Positions 12,052 through 25,596 of a DNA stretch of 64,000 nucleotides are shown piece after piece. Position numbers and translations under genes: made by a program. This DNA comes from Macrostomum lignano. Lineage: Eukaryota. The stretch's first letter is position 1. The number at the start of each line of letters is the position of its first letter. A model generated the notes under the pieces. That model did not search any database. It saw only the letters and a program-made list of their open reading frames with translations, and was not told the origin of the DNA. The DNA lies in NCBI GenBank assembly GCA_002269645.1, contig NIVC01002662.1:1-64000 (forward strand). The letters run 5' to 3'.

Positions 12052-13790
12052 AGTGTCAGGGGTGTCAGATTGCAGTGTCAGGAATGTCTGATTGCAGTGT
12101 CAGGAATGTCTGATTGCAGTGTCAGGGGTGTCTGATTGCAGTTCAGGAATGTCTGATTGCAGTGTCAGGGGTGTCTGATTGCAGTGTCAGGGGTGTCTGA
12201 TTGCAGTGTCAGGAATGTCTGATTGCAGTGTCAGGGGTGTCTGATTGCAGTGTCAGGAATGTCTGATTGCAGTGTCAGGGGTGTCTGATTGCAGTGTCAG
12301 GAATGTCTGATTGCAGTGTCAGGAATGTCTGATTGCAGTGTCAGGGGTGTCTGATTGCAGTGTCAGGGGTGTCTGATTGCAGTGTCAGGGGTGTCTGATT
12401 GCAGTGTCAGGGGTGTGTGATTGCAGTGTCAGGGGTGTCTGATTGCAGTGTCAGGAATGTCTGATTGCAGTGTCAGGGGTGTCTGATTGCAGTGTCAGGA
12501 ATGTCTGATTGCAGTGTCAGGGGTGTCTGATTGCAGTGTCAGGAATGTCTGATTGCAGTGTCAGGAATGTCTGATTGCAGTGTCAGGGGTGTCTGATTGC
12601 AGTGTCAGGGGTGTCTGATTGCAGTGTCAGGGGTGTCTGATTGCAGTGTCAGGGGTGTGTGATTGCAGTGTCAGGGGTGTCTGATTGCAGTGTCAGGGGT
12701 GTCTGATTGCAGTGTCAGGGGTGTCTGATTGCAGTGTCAGGTGTGTGATTGCAGTGTCAGGGGTGTCTGATAGCAGTGTCAGGGGTGTCTGATTGCAGTG
12801 TCAGGGGTGTCTGATTGCAGTGTCAGGTGTGTGATTGCAGTGTCAGGTGTCTGATAGCAGTGTCAGGGGTGTCTGATTGCATTGTCAGGTGTGTGATTGC
12901 AGTGTCAGGGGTGTCTGATTGCATTGTCAGGTGTCTGATTGCAGTGTCAGGGGTGTCTGATTGCATTGTCAGAGGTGTCTGATTGCAGTGTCAGGGGTGT
13001 CTGATTGCAGTGCCAGGGGTGTCTCATTGCAGTGTCAGGTGTGTGATTGCAGTGTCAGGGGTGTCTGATTGCAGTGTCAGGGGTGTCTGATTGCAGTGTC
13101 AGGTGTGTGATTGCAGTGTCAGGGGTGTCTGATTGCAGTGTCAGGGGTGTCTGATTGCAGTGTCAGGTGTGTGATTGCAGTGTAAGGTGTGTGATTGCAG
13201 TGTCAGGGGTGTCTGATTGCAGTGTCAGGTGTGTGATTGCAGTGTCAGGGGTGTCTGATTGCAGTGTCAGGGGTGTCTGATTGCAGTGTCAGATGTGTGA
13301 TTGCAGTGTCAGGGGTGTCTGATTGCAGTGTCAGGTGTGTGATTGCAGTGTCAGGGGTGTCTGATTGCAGTGTCAGGGGTGTCTGATTGCAGTGTCAGAT
13401 GTGTGATTGCAGTGTCAGGGGTGTCTGATTGCAGTGTCAGATGTGTGATTGCAGTGTCAGGGGTGTCTGATTGCAGTGTCAGGGGTGTCTGATTGCAGTG
13501 TCAGGGGTGTCTGATTGCAGTGTCAGGGGTGTCTGATTGCAGTGTCAGCTGTCTGATTACAGTGTCAGGGGTGTCTGATTGCAGTTTCAGGTGTCTGATT
13601 GCAGTGTCAGAGGTGTCTGATTGCAGTGTCAGGTGTCAGATTGCAGTGTCAGGGGTGTCAGATTGCAGTGTCAGGGGTGTCAGATTGCAGTGTCAGGTGT
13701 GTCAGATTGCAGTGTCAGGGGTGTCAGATTGCAGTGTCAGGTGTGTCAGATTGCAGTGTCAGGGGTGTCAGATTGCAGTGTCAGGATGTC
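12052..13790. repeat. 22/20-bp minisatellite (gtgtctgattgcagtgtcaggg) filling almost the whole intron
   Basis: Tandem units with positional variant gradient. Confidence 0.97.
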
Positions 13791-13844
13791 AAGCAACAGC
13801 TGTCACTAGTTAGACCAATAAAACCCACGCTGTAACATCTTCAG

Positions 13845-14333
13845 CTGCCTAAGCGCGGTGACATAAGCCTCGCGCCGTCCGCGTCATCCTCGCTGAACCA
13901 CCTCGCTGCTGCAGCGGCCTCGGCCCGCGCCGCAGCGGCCGCCTCCAGCCGCAGTCGCACGCGCCAGCAGCAGCAGAGGCGACAGCAGCGCAGGAACAGC
14001 TGCTGGGTGCACTCGGAGACCTGCCTGGTCTGCGCCTGCTACACCGCCGACGCTGACGTCGTGAACGACAGCTGCGCCAGCTTGGCCGACCTCACCGCCA
14101 GGATGGACAGCTGGAGACGCCTGCCGTGCCGCTGCCGTCAGGAGAAGTACATCCACGCCACCTGCCTGTTGTCCCGCTATCTGCAGCGTCGGGTGTACAG
14201 CTGGGGCCGCTGGCAGATGACCTTCCAGTGTCCCCACTGCATGTCGCGCATGCGGGTGACGCGTCGCTACGGACGGCACACCTGCGATAAGAAGGCCCAG
14301 CTATCAGTGCTGAGGCACTTCTTGTGTCTTCTG
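13845..14333 (+). CDS. RING-variant (RING-CH/MARCH-like) zinc-finger exon
   Basis: Acceptor cttcag ends 13844, donor gtgcgt at 14334; CLVC...PCRC-x6-HATC...CPHC ligand pattern. Confidence 0.75.
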
Positions 14334-14572
14334 GTGCGTTCTGGGGGCAGCCGAGGGGTCACGGGGGACCCTGAAGTCCTTGACCGTCCCGAAGATCAGA
14401 GCGCACAAGCGCGCCAATACTGTAAACAGACACGCACTCATACTTACGCTCACACGGGGTGTACAGTGGCCCTGACTTTCTAATCGTTAGGCGTGTACAG
14501 TCTCAGTGCCTTGAGGGTTGGCCCTCATTGGGTGTCCCCCGCACTGATCTGGACTTTCCCACTCCTTCCCAG

Positions 14573-14806
14573 GTGATTTCCGGCCTGTTCCTCACCTTCG
14601 GCCTGTGGTCCCTCATCGGCGGCAGCGGCCCGAACCTGGTCACGGTTGGCCTGGTGCTCGTCGGGTCCCTGCTAGCCGTCTGGTTCTGCTGCTACGAGAT
14701 CTGGGCGGCATTTCAACGGCTGGATCTGAGCATCGCTCTGGTGCCCACTGACAGGCGCTTTTCAATTCGGCGAAGGTCGAAGGTCAACGAGCCTGAGCCT
14801 GTGTGA
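14573..14806 (+). CDS. Last exon of the RING-CH-like gene, two predicted TM helices
   Basis: Acceptor ttcccag ends 14572; VISGLFLTFGLWSLIG and LVTVGLVLVGSLLAVWFCC hydrophobic stretches; stop TGA 14804-14806. Confidence 0.75.
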   Translation: MISGLFLTFGLWSLIGGSGPNLVTVGLVLVGSLLAVWFCCYEIWAAFQRLDLSIALVPTDRRFSIRRRSKVNEPEPV

Positions 14807-15304
14807 CGGCTGCTGGATGAAGCGGATTCAATGACCACACTTATAAGGATAGATTCAAGTATCCAAAAGCTACAATTATTAGCCGTTGTTATTTCGCTAT
14901 TTCTACTACCAGTGCTATTCTGAGGACATCTAAGGAAAAAAATTATTCTACGATTCCAAATATAAAATTCGTTCGTTGTAAGTTGAAGCTTCCCAAAAAT
15001 AAAATATGTGGTTTTTAACGAGCCTGCACTGTGCCCGCAGGCCCTTTCACCCTAACTTTAACTGGTCATCTGCGAGCTTCTTTTGATGGCAACATATTCG
15101 AAACTGAGTTTCTGATTTCTTAAATCCGCTGGCTTTTAAAAGATTTTAAGGGATTACTGCTCACTCTTTGAAATGTGACACCCTGCACCAGAGACGGCAG
15201 GGTAAAGACAGAATTTTCAGAGGCAAAGAGTTCTTGCTGCCTGAGATGAAAGAAGCGTTGCTTTAGTAGAATATCAAAATGGATGTTTAAAATGTGGCGC
15301 TGTA

Positions 15305-15941
15305 ACAGACAGAGGATAGAAAGACAGACAGACACTGAGACAGACACTGAGACAGACACTGAGACAGACACTGAGACAGACACTGAGACAGACACTGAGA
15401 CAGACACTGAGACAGACACTGAGACAGACACTGAGACAGACACTGAGACAGACACTGAGACAGACACTGAGACAGACACTGAGACAGACACTGAGACAGA
15501 CACTGAGACAGACACTGAGACAGACACTGAGACAGACACTGAGACAGACACTGAGACAGACACTGAGACAGACACTGAGACAGACACTGAGACAGACACT
15601 GAGACAGACACTGAGACAGACACTAAGACAGACACTGAGACAGACACTGAGACAGAGACACTGAGACAGACACTGAGACAGACACTGAGACAGACACTGA
15701 GACAGACACTGAGACAGACACTGAGACAGACACTGAGACAGACACTGAGACAGACACTGAGACAGACACTGAGACAGACACTGAGACAGACACTAAGACA
15801 GACACTGAGACAGACACTGAGACAGAGACACTGAGACAGACACTGAGACAGACACTGAGACAGACACTGAGACAGACACTGAGACAGACACTGAGACAGA
15901 CACTGAGACAGACACTGAGACAGACACTGAGACAGACAGGC

Positions 15942-15978
<37 letters not shown>

Positions 15979-16011
15979 GCAGACAGACAGACAGCAGACA
16001 GACAGGCAGGC

Positions 16012-16044
<33 letters not shown>

Positions 16045-16046
16045 GC

Positions 16047-16095
<49 letters not shown>

Positions 16096-16140
16096 GGACA
16101 GACAGACAGACTGACAGACAGACAGACAGACAGACAGTCG
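15305..16140. repeat. (GAGACAGACACT)n 12-mer grading into (GACA)n
   Basis: Direct inspection. Confidence 0.97.
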
Positions 16141-16624
16141 CACAATTAGGAAAGAAATATGAAACGAAAATTGAATTAACAGAGCTTCAGTTTTGCTTAG
16201 CTCAGTCAGCAATTGAATCCCAATAATTTAATCCCATTCAATTTACTATTGCAGCAGGTGGACTGCAGGCCCAGAGCAGATGCAGTCACGCAAAGGGGAT
16301 TATGTTGAAACTCGAGAGAAATTTTCTTTGACATCCCAAATGAATTTGAGTCGTCTTTTCTCTACCTGCATGCCCGGCTCAAAATCAGCTTCTTGTCTGA
16401 CGTTAATCTGCTTGGTGAAAATCGAAAAAGCCCAATGGGTTACTTTGCGACGAGATTAGCGTGCAAATTATTTTGAAATGCAATTTATTAATTTACACCT
16501 TTAATCTGGCTGTCTTTGAGCTGGACAGCAGGGCATCTCAGTTTTAATCTCATCATTTTTTGATAGAATTTTCATAAATATTTCATCCTTCTCAAGAGAA
16601 GAAATTGTGCAGTTTGGTTAGTAG

Positions 16625-17310
16625 CTGTTCGATACATATCGGTGTAGTCTGTATTTACAAGCTGATCGATATATATCAGTGTAGTTTGTATTTACAATCT
16701 GATCGATACATATCGGTGTAGTTTGTATTTACAATCGGATCGATACCTATCGGTGTAGTCTGTATTTACAATCTGATCGATACATATCGATGTAGTCTGT
16801 ATTTACAATCTGATCGATACATATCGGTGTAGTCTAGTTTATAATCGGATCGATACATATCGGTGCAGTCTATTATATAATTGGATCGATACATATATCG
16901 GTGTAGTCTGTATTTACAATCGGATCGATACCTATCGGTGTAGTCTGTATTTACAATCTGATCGATACATATCGGTGTAGTCTGTATTTACAATCTGATC
17001 GATACATATCGGTGTAGTCTGTATTTACAATCTGATCGATACATATCGATGTAGTCTAGTTTATAATCGGATCGATACATATCGGTGCAGTCTATTATAT
17101 AATTGGATCGATACATATCGGTGTAGTCTGTATTTACAATCTGATCGATACATATCGGTGTAGTCTAGCTTACAATCGGATCGATGCATATCGGTGTAGT
17201 CTAGCTTATAATCAGATCGATACATATCGGTGTAGTCTAGCTTATAATCGGATTGATGCATATCGGTGTAGTCGATCTTATAATCAAATCGATACATATC
17301 GGTATAGTCT
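16625..17310. repeat. 36-37-bp minisatellite (atcgatacatatcggtgtagtctgtatttacaatctg)
   Basis: Tandem units with an internal multi-unit duplication. Confidence 0.95.
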
Positions 17311-17799
17311 ACTTAACAATTTGATTAGAGAATCTTTACAATCTTATTGATAAACTACAATCATTATGAAGAGAAGAAAGGTATTTTCGTGAGCATAAAT
17401 TTTTTGTTGAATTCCTCCCCTCTATTCCGACTCTTCCTTCCTCTACTCTTCTTTCTCCTCGCAGTCTTCACTTCTTGTGTGTCTCATTTCCTGCGCATTG
17501 TTCCTTTGTCTTTTCTCGTATTACTAAGGTAGTTTCCGGCAACCCGCCAGTCTTAGGAGCCCCCCAGCTATGGACTCAAGCACAATCGAAGCCTAGAGAT
17601 ACAATTTTAATCTCACGGTCAGGCTAAAAATATGATTGCCTATATTAGCTCTGTTTGCTTTCCGGCTCGCTATCCGGACCTTTGGGCCTTCAATCGAAGA
17701 GGCGCTCGACTAAACGAAGGGGAAAACCAGACTGACAGTTTTTGAATTGGATTGAACTGGGAAAGGAGAGAGGCGTTGGAGAATAGAGGAAGGCGCAGA

Positions 17800-18470
17800 A
17801 ATTGGAAGAAAGAAATAGGAGATGGGTGAGAGTGGGAGAGAGCGGCTGAGCGATGAGGGGCAGAATGGGGAAGAGGGAGAGAGAGGAGAGGGGCAATGGG
17901 AGAGGGTAGGGCCGAGAAGAGGGACAGAGGGGAGAGGAGAAGAAGGGGAGAGGATGGGATAGGGAGAGAGGGAGAGAGGAGAAGAGGGACAGAGGGGAGA
18001 GGAGAAGAGGGGGAGAGGATGGGATAGGGAGAGAGGGAGAGAGGAGAAGAGGCGAGAGGGAGAGAGGGAGAGAGGAGAAGAGGGGAGAGGGAGAGAGGGA
18101 GAGAGGAGAAGAGGCGAGAGGGAGAGAGGGAGAGAGGAGAAGAGGGGAGAGGGAGAGAGGGAGAGAGGAGAAGAGGGAGAGGGAGAGAGGGAGAGAGGGA
18201 GAGAGGGAGAGAGGAGAAGAGGGGAGAGGGAGAGAGGGAGAGAGGGAGAGAGGGAGAGAGGAGAAGAGGGGAGAGGGAGGGAGGGGAGAGGGAGAGAGGG
18301 GAGAGGGAGAGAGGGAGAGGGGAGAAGAGGGGAGAGGGAGAGAGGGAGAGAGAGAGAGAGGAGAAGAGGGGAGAGGGAGAGAGGGGAGAGGGAGATGAGA
18401 GAAAGAAGAAGAGGGGAGAGGGAGATGAGAGAGAGAAGAAGAGGGGAGAGTGAGAGAGGGGCAGAGAGAG
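17800..18470. repeat. Polypurine (GA-rich) low-complexity tract
   Basis: Almost exclusively G/A on +. Confidence 0.95.
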
Positions 18471-18904
18471 GCTCGGGCTGCCCATACCGGACCAGAGGCA
18501 GTGGAAGAATTGCGGGAGACTCCCAGCCTCAGTGGAATAAAATTGATGTATCTAGGAAGTTCTGGGCAGGAGTTGTGGGATTATAGCCGACACCGAGTGC
18601 AAAAGTGCGCGCGCACCGGAGTGACCGGAGATGCCTGACTCCCAAGCATTCAGCCGGATGACTGAAGCGAGGCTCTTTGAATATCTGAGGCTCTCAAGAA
18701 ATATTTGAAATTCCGTTTCTGGCTGCATCGAAAAAGTCACAGAAGAAAAAGAAAACCTTTTTTGATTGCGATTGGATGGCTTGGCTGGTTGATGCAGGGG
18801 CTGCGCTGGTTTGTCCCTGATAAATTAATCCTTTGATGAGATTGGATATTGAGGGAAAGAGAGAGATGGGGAGAGATGGAGGGGCGAAGATTGATGGAGT
18901 TAAA

Positions 18905-19592
18905 TAGAGATGAGAGAGGATGGGATGGAGAGGGAATGAGATGAGATGAGAGTATGAAATGAGACGAGACGAGATGAGATGAGATGAGATGAGATGAGAC
19001 GAGATGAGATGAGACGAGATGAGATGAGACGAGATGAGATGAGACGAGATGAGATGAGACGAGATGAGATGAGACGAGATGAGATGAGACGAGATGAGAT
19101 GAGACGAGATGAGATGAGACGAGATGAGATGAGACGAGATGAGATGAGACGAGATGAGATGAGACGGGATGAGATGAGACGAGATGAGATGAGACGAGAT
19201 GAGATGAGACGAGACGAGATGAGACGAGATGAGATGAGACGAGATGAGATGAGACGGATAAGATGAGGCGAGATGAGATGAGACGAGATGAGATGAGACG
19301 GATGAGATGAGACGAGATGAGATGAGACGGGTGAGATGAGAAGGGTGAGATGAGACGGATGAGATGAGACGGGATGAGATGAGACCGGTGAGGTGAGACG
19401 GGTGAGATGAGACGGATGAGATGAGACGAGATGAGATGAGACGAGATGAGATGAGACGGGTGAGATGAGACGAGATGAGATAAGACGAGATGAGATGAGA
19501 CGGGATGAGATGAGACGGGATAAGATGAGACGGGATGAGATTATAGGGTATGATATGAGGGAATAGGAGTGCATGAGATGAGACGGGATGAG
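18905..19592. repeat. (GAGAT)2GAGAC 15-mer / pentanucleotide array
   Basis: Direct inspection. Confidence 0.95.
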
Positions 19593-19884
19593 AAAAGTGA
19601 ATCCTCAATCGTGGACTCGATTGTGAATCGATGCGGACTCAGACCCCCAGATTGTACGCCATTATCGTCATTTTTTCTTCATATGGAGCGAAGCTTCTCA
19701 AGCATTCTCAGTCTCATTCCGTGGTAGGCACTCAGGAAAGCGCCAACCATCGGCTCCGACACGCTCCAACTCCTGCTTCCTGATGCCTGCGTTTTCTTGT
19801 ACTTTTTTAATCGATTTTTACTTGCATGAGAGTGAGGGGAATCTCAGCCGGGTCTGACGTCCCGGAGGTCAGGTTAGAACGGAT

Positions 19885-20492
19885 AAAAAACAGCGCCTCT
19901 TAAAACGGCGCCACTAAAACGGCGCCCCTATAAACAGCGCAATCAAAAAACGGCGCCCCTATAAACAGCGCAATCAAAAAACGGCGCCCCTAAAAACGGC
20001 GCCCCTAAAAACGGCGCCCCTAAAAACGGCGCCCCTAAAAATGGCGCCCCTAAAAACGGCGCCCCTAAAAACGGCGCCCCTAAAAATGGCGCCCCTAAAA
20101 ACGGCGCCCCTAAAAACGGCGCCCCTAAAAACGGCGCCCCTAAAAACGGCGCCCCTAAAAACGGCGCCCCTAAAAATGGCGCCATCTAAAAACCGCGCCA
20201 TCTTTAAACGGCGCCCCTATAAACAGCACAATCGAAAAACGGCGCCTATAAAAACGGCGCCCTAAACATGGCGCCCCTAAAAACGCGCCCCTAAAAACGC
20301 GCCCCTAGAAACGGAGCATCTAAAAAACGGCGCCCCTAAAAACGGCGCCTCTATAAACAGCACAATCGAAAAACGGCGCCTATAAAAACGGCGCCCTAAA
20401 CATGGCGCCCCTAAAAACGCGCCCCTAAAAACGCGCCCCTAAAAACGCGCATCTAAAAACGGTGCTCTATGAACGGCGCCCATAAAAACGGC
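19885..20492. repeat. 15-bp minisatellite (aaaacggcgccccta)
   Basis: Direct inspection. Confidence 0.95.
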
Positions 20493-21059
20493 GCTCCTCA
20501 CACAAACAGTGCCTAATACGAGCATACAACTAATCAAAAGCAATGCAGAAAGAAACATCAGGCTGATAGTAAATCTAGACAGAGTCAACAAAGTCCGAGA
20601 GGCACAGCCTGAGCACTGCTCACTTTGTAGCCCAGCCCAAATAGCGTATCGTTTGCACGCTCATAAAGATGGAATATGAGGGGAGGGGAGAGAGTGGGGA
20701 GTGGAAGCAGAGAACCAATATGTGGCCATGCTTATGGCTATCAATAATTATGACATGACAGGGGATTGAGGCCACCCCCCCCCCCAATGCTCGCTCGCCC
20801 ACTCTCTCTCCCCTCTCTCCCTCATCCTGTGTGCCCTTAGGCGGAGTTGATTGATCCCTTGCTTGCTGTTCTGAGGCAGGAGCGAGCGAGGCTTTTTTAC
20901 TCGCCCTGCTTTATCTGTGTAAACAGTGAAACACAAAAGTGCAACCGATTCCCCTAATTATTCGAAATGCGCAAAATTTTGTTAGACATATGGCAAGTGT
21001 TTTCAAGCATCAAGCAATGAAATGCATGCATTCTTGAGGGAGTTTTTTGTATTGTGTCA

Positions 21060-21775
21060 TATGCGCGCAGTTTCATAAGCGCGCAGTGTTAATCATAAGC
21101 GCGCAGTGTTAACCATAAGCGCGCAGTGTTAACCATAAGCGCGCAGTTTCATAAGTGCGCAGTATTAATTCTAAGCGCGCAGTGTTAATCATAAGCGCGC
21201 AGTGTTACTTCTAAGAGCGCAGTGTTAATCGTAAGTGCGCAGTGTTATTTATCAGCGCGCAGTCTTAATCATAAGTGCGCAGTGTTTATCATAAGCGCGC
21301 AGTGTTAACCATAAGCGCGCAGTGTTAACCATAAGCGCGCAGTTTCATAAGTGCGCAGTATTAATTCTAAGCGCGCAGTGTTAATCATAAGCGCGCAGTG
21401 TTACTTCTAAGAGCGCAGTGTTAATCGTAAGTGCGCAGTGTTAATCATAAGCGCGCAATGTTAATCAAAAGAGCACAGCGTTAATCATAGGCGCGCAGTA
21501 TTAATCATAAGCGTGCAGTATCATTCATAAGCGCGCAGTGCTAATCATAGGCGCGCAGTATTAATCATAAGCGCGCAGTGCTAATCATAGGCGCGCAGTA
21601 TTAATCCTAAGCGCGCAGTATCATTCATAAGCGCGCACTGCTAATCATAGGCGCGCAGTATTAATCATAAGCGCGCAGTATCATTCATAAGCGCTCAGTA
21701 CTACTCCTAAGCGCGCAGTATTAATCATAAGCACGCAGTGCTAATCCTAAGCGCGCAGTGTTAATCATAAGCACA
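21060..21775. repeat. 20-bp minisatellite (ataagcgcgcagtgttaatc)
   Basis: Direct inspection. Confidence 0.95.
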
Positions 21776-22364
21776 GTAATCGAAAGAAAACTTCTGAAAT
21801 AATGCAGATTATTCGAGAAGTGGGAAAATCGAATGGAGACCGCAGAGCAGAAAAGCTGAGGATTCCAGCTGCCTGCTACTTCCTAGATGGAGGTCCCGTC
21901 TGAGCTGGGATTAAGTCTCCGGGCTCTGATTTATCCTACCCACGCCTGGCATGGCACTCATTGAAAGGGAGACGAAATGATGATGAAGAATAGCTTGTGC
22001 TCAAAGCTTGCGGGGGGAGGATTCTGGGAAAGCCGAGCTGGCAAAGCCTACAGTTGACCCATTCGATACCAAAATTCCAAGAATAGATGCAATGTAACCG
22101 CTTCAAGCAGTCAATGCCGCGCTGATGAAGCTGCTGAGGAGGCGGGAGGCTGAGGAGACGACTTGGCGAGTTTGCCGCAAAAAAGTAGCCTTTTGGCGTT
22201 TGGGGATGGTAAAGGAGATTATGGGCTCTCGGCTTTCCGAACGGGAGTCGGCAAACGTAATTGAGCTCATTAACTGCTCGGGTTTGCTAAGGCTGCGACT
22301 GGCCTGCTCTGCTTCTCTGTGTGTGTGTTTGTGTACTCCTGCTTCTTATCCTTACTGCTGCTAG

Positions 22365-22910
22365 TCTCTCAACTTTGTCTACTTCTCTCTCTCCTTTGTC
22401 TACTCCTCTCTCACTCTTCATTGTCTAATTCTCTCTCTACTTTGTCTACTTCGCTCTCACTCTTATTTGTCGAATTCTTTCTCTCTACTTTGTCTACTTT
22501 TCTCTCTTCTTTGTCTACTACTCTCTCTCTCTGCTGTGTCTACTTTTCTCTCTTCTTTGTCTACTTCTCTCTCGCTCTACTTTGTCTACTTCTATCTCTA
22601 CTTTGTCTACTCTCTCTTCTGTCTACTTCTCTCTCTCTCTACTTGGTCTTCTTCTCTCTCGCTCTACTTTGTCTACTTCTATCTCTACTTTGTCTACTCT
22701 CTTATGTCTACTTCTCTCTCTCTACTTGGTCTACTTCTCTCTCTACTTTGTCTACTACTCTCTCTCTCTCTCTCCTTTGTCTACTTCTCTCTCTCTCTCT
22801 CTCTCTACTTATATTACTTTTCTCTCTCTTTTGTCTACTTCCCTCTACTTTGTCTACTTCTCTTTTTACTTTGTTTACTTTTCTCTTCTACTTTGTCTAT
22901 TTACACCCTT
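22365..22910. repeat. Pyrimidine-rich degenerate array (ctctactttgtctactt)
   Basis: Direct inspection. Confidence 0.9.
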
Positions 22911-24618
22911 CTGTTCCTTGTGCATTAATCTGAAAATCTTTTTAAGCAGATCCCTCAGTGCAGAAGTTCTACTCTGGTTTCACCAAGTTAATGACGCCGT
23001 GAGTGTCGCATCTACACTGAAGAGCAGAGACTGCAGCTGAGTACAAAGGCAAAAATAGATGCAAATTTGTATGCACAACAAACGAGCCACTCCAAGCGAT
23101 GAAAGAGCTTACTTTCAAGTTTGCTCAGCCAAGTGTGAAACGAGTTCTTCTTAAACCTGATGGCGAAGTTGCGACCGAAAGACACGTTTTCCATTATTGC
23201 CCGAGCTGAGGGAGGCTGCTTGGTGGAGTTGGTGCCGTTGAGCAGACGGTAATACGGGATTTACGGGAAATAGGGAAATTCATTCCAATGGTTGGGTGGA
23301 TTCTAAGAAACGGATTGTCTATGGTGCTAAGGGGAAGCTTGAAATAATAAGCCAACACAAGACAATCTGAATGAACCCTATGCGGAAGTCTGAGGAAAAA
23401 TCCACAATCAGACTTATTAGTTAATTACTTAAGCCTTCACCCGTTGCTGTCTCAGACTATTGCTGAAGCGTTAAGAAGAAAATTAGCAATAGGAGCAAAA
23501 CTAAAAAGCGGCATTCTTCTGAGAGAATTGAGCTATAGCTGCCTAAGTAGAAGTTGCCGCCGTTTTCAAGAGCGACCGATCGATTGGTGGGTAAGTGGAC
23601 CGAACGCGGCCCATTGATCCGATCCGAAGAGCATCCTTGCAAAAAGCTTTGAGAGCCAAGTGCTTTTGTAAGTGCATGCACACCCGTCAGAGTGTTGAAG
23701 AAGTTTTCCCAGTCTAGAAAACTTATCGCTGCATCTTCTCCTGGGCGGCCTCTTGAATCTCTCCAAGCAAATCTTATTACGTTGGAAATTTTCAGACATT
23801 CTATTATCCCCAATCCTCTTCTGCTCCCTTCTCTTCCCCTTTCCTCAGCTGACGACAATTCAACTATATTCTCTTCCTCTATATAAGTCGCGTTTGCCTG
23901 AGGATTTAAAAGTCCCAAATCTTTATGGTCATAGTCAGCGGTAGCGGGCCTAATGTGTCATTTTCCAGCCCAGCAAAACCGTTGCCAAGGAGTCCCTGAG
24001 CCAGAACCTGGATCGGAAACTCTTACAGGACTGACTGTAGTTGTTTCTTTTCAGCTTCATGCACAACTAACAGACTTCTTGTCAACACTGGATGTAACTG
24101 ATGAATGAGAACCAGCTTAAAATCATTGATGTCGCAAACTGAACCAAAAAGATGTTATATTGTTTGGTATATTGTTTGTTCCATCTCAAAATGGAAGAGT
24201 TGCAATGCCAAGTACTGCTTCTGGGCCTCCTTGCCATTGCCTTACACCTGAGTCTTCAATAATGGCGACATTCAGGCAGCTACTCAAGGCCACCGCATCC
24301 CATTGTGGCGGATGAGGTCGCTGGAAATACTACAGCAAACAGCTAGGGACGGAGGGGGTTGGAATTTGTGAGTCCCCTGTCTGCCCACTCCCCAGCCGTC
24401 GCTCACCGCCATGGCGGGCCAATCGCGCATCTGCTGTGTGTGAATGGCAGACTTTTTTCTTGCTACAGCATTTGCAGATCGACAAGCTCTAAAGAGGGTC
24501 CCGCGGGGGATTGAGGGGAAAATGCAGGGAAGGCAGATAAACCCCCCCACACTCGGCAGTCAGAGCGGTTGTGACAGCCGGGAACCCATCGCTCCAATCG
24601 CTCCACAACCAAAGCACA

Positions 24619-24838
24619 ATGATCCGTCTTCATCCTGCGCCAGCCAAGGACTCCGCGGTCCCTGCCAGTGGCACTAAATTCCCATTTCCACCGCCGGATC
24701 TGCCTCAGTTCCATCATCAGCAGCTCTCGCCAGCTGCGGCACAGTCTCATCATCAGCTGCATCCGGGCTATCATCATCAGCAGCACCAGCTGCTGCAGGA
24801 TGTCATCATCGAATGCGACGGTAACAATGGATCCCAAA

Positions 24839-24871
<33 letters not shown>

Positions 24872-25596
24872 CTCCGCCACCTCCGCCTCCATCGCAGCAG
24901 GCCAGCAGCTTTGAGGTGCACTTTCCCTCCCTGCTGCGGCATCACCAGCAGCAGCAGCAGCAGCAGAGGCATCGGCGAGCCAAACTGCACAGAAGCGGCA
25001 TTCAGTCCTACATCGGCCGGTGCGAGTGCACTCCGTCCCGTTGTCGTCGCGCGCTGTTCGCCAGCCTCATCTGCCTCATCCTGAGCTGTCTGGTCATCGG
25101 CGCCGCTCTTACCGGTTGGGCGGCATTGGTGACCGGTCACCGGGCCACCCTGGCAGCCGGCACCATCCTGCTGCTCAGCGGAGTCGGCCTGTTCTTCTAC
25201 TCATGCTGCACCACATCGCACTACGCTAGAGTGTACTCCGGCATCAACAACAATAACAACAACAACAATAGCAGCGTTAGCAACAATAATAACAACACGG
25301 ATGCGCACCAGTTCTTTCAGCACGGACACGCCGGCGGCAGTTTCCATGGCAACGGATGCTCGAGCTGTTACTACTCGCCTGTCAGTCCCATGAGACAACT
25401 GAGGCAACAGCAGCAACAGCAGCAACAGCTGCAGCCGTGTCAGCTTCACGACCCAGCCAGGATACTGCTGCCCCAGCCGGGCCTGGGCCGCAACTCCATC
25501 ACGGACATGATTCAGGAGACGGTGCCCCGGTGCCTGCTGAACCGACAGCACCGGCGTCACAGCTCACTCGCTGCCAGCATCCCGCCGGTGCTCTGA
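24619..25596 (+). CDS. Intronless uncharacterised membrane protein: poly-Q/poly-N tracts and two predicted TM helices
   Basis: Long GC-rich ORF from ATG 24619; hydrophobic ALFASLICLILSCLVIGAALTGWAALV and TLAAGTILLLSGVGLFFYSCC; composition like other genes here. True start uncertain. Confidence 0.7.
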
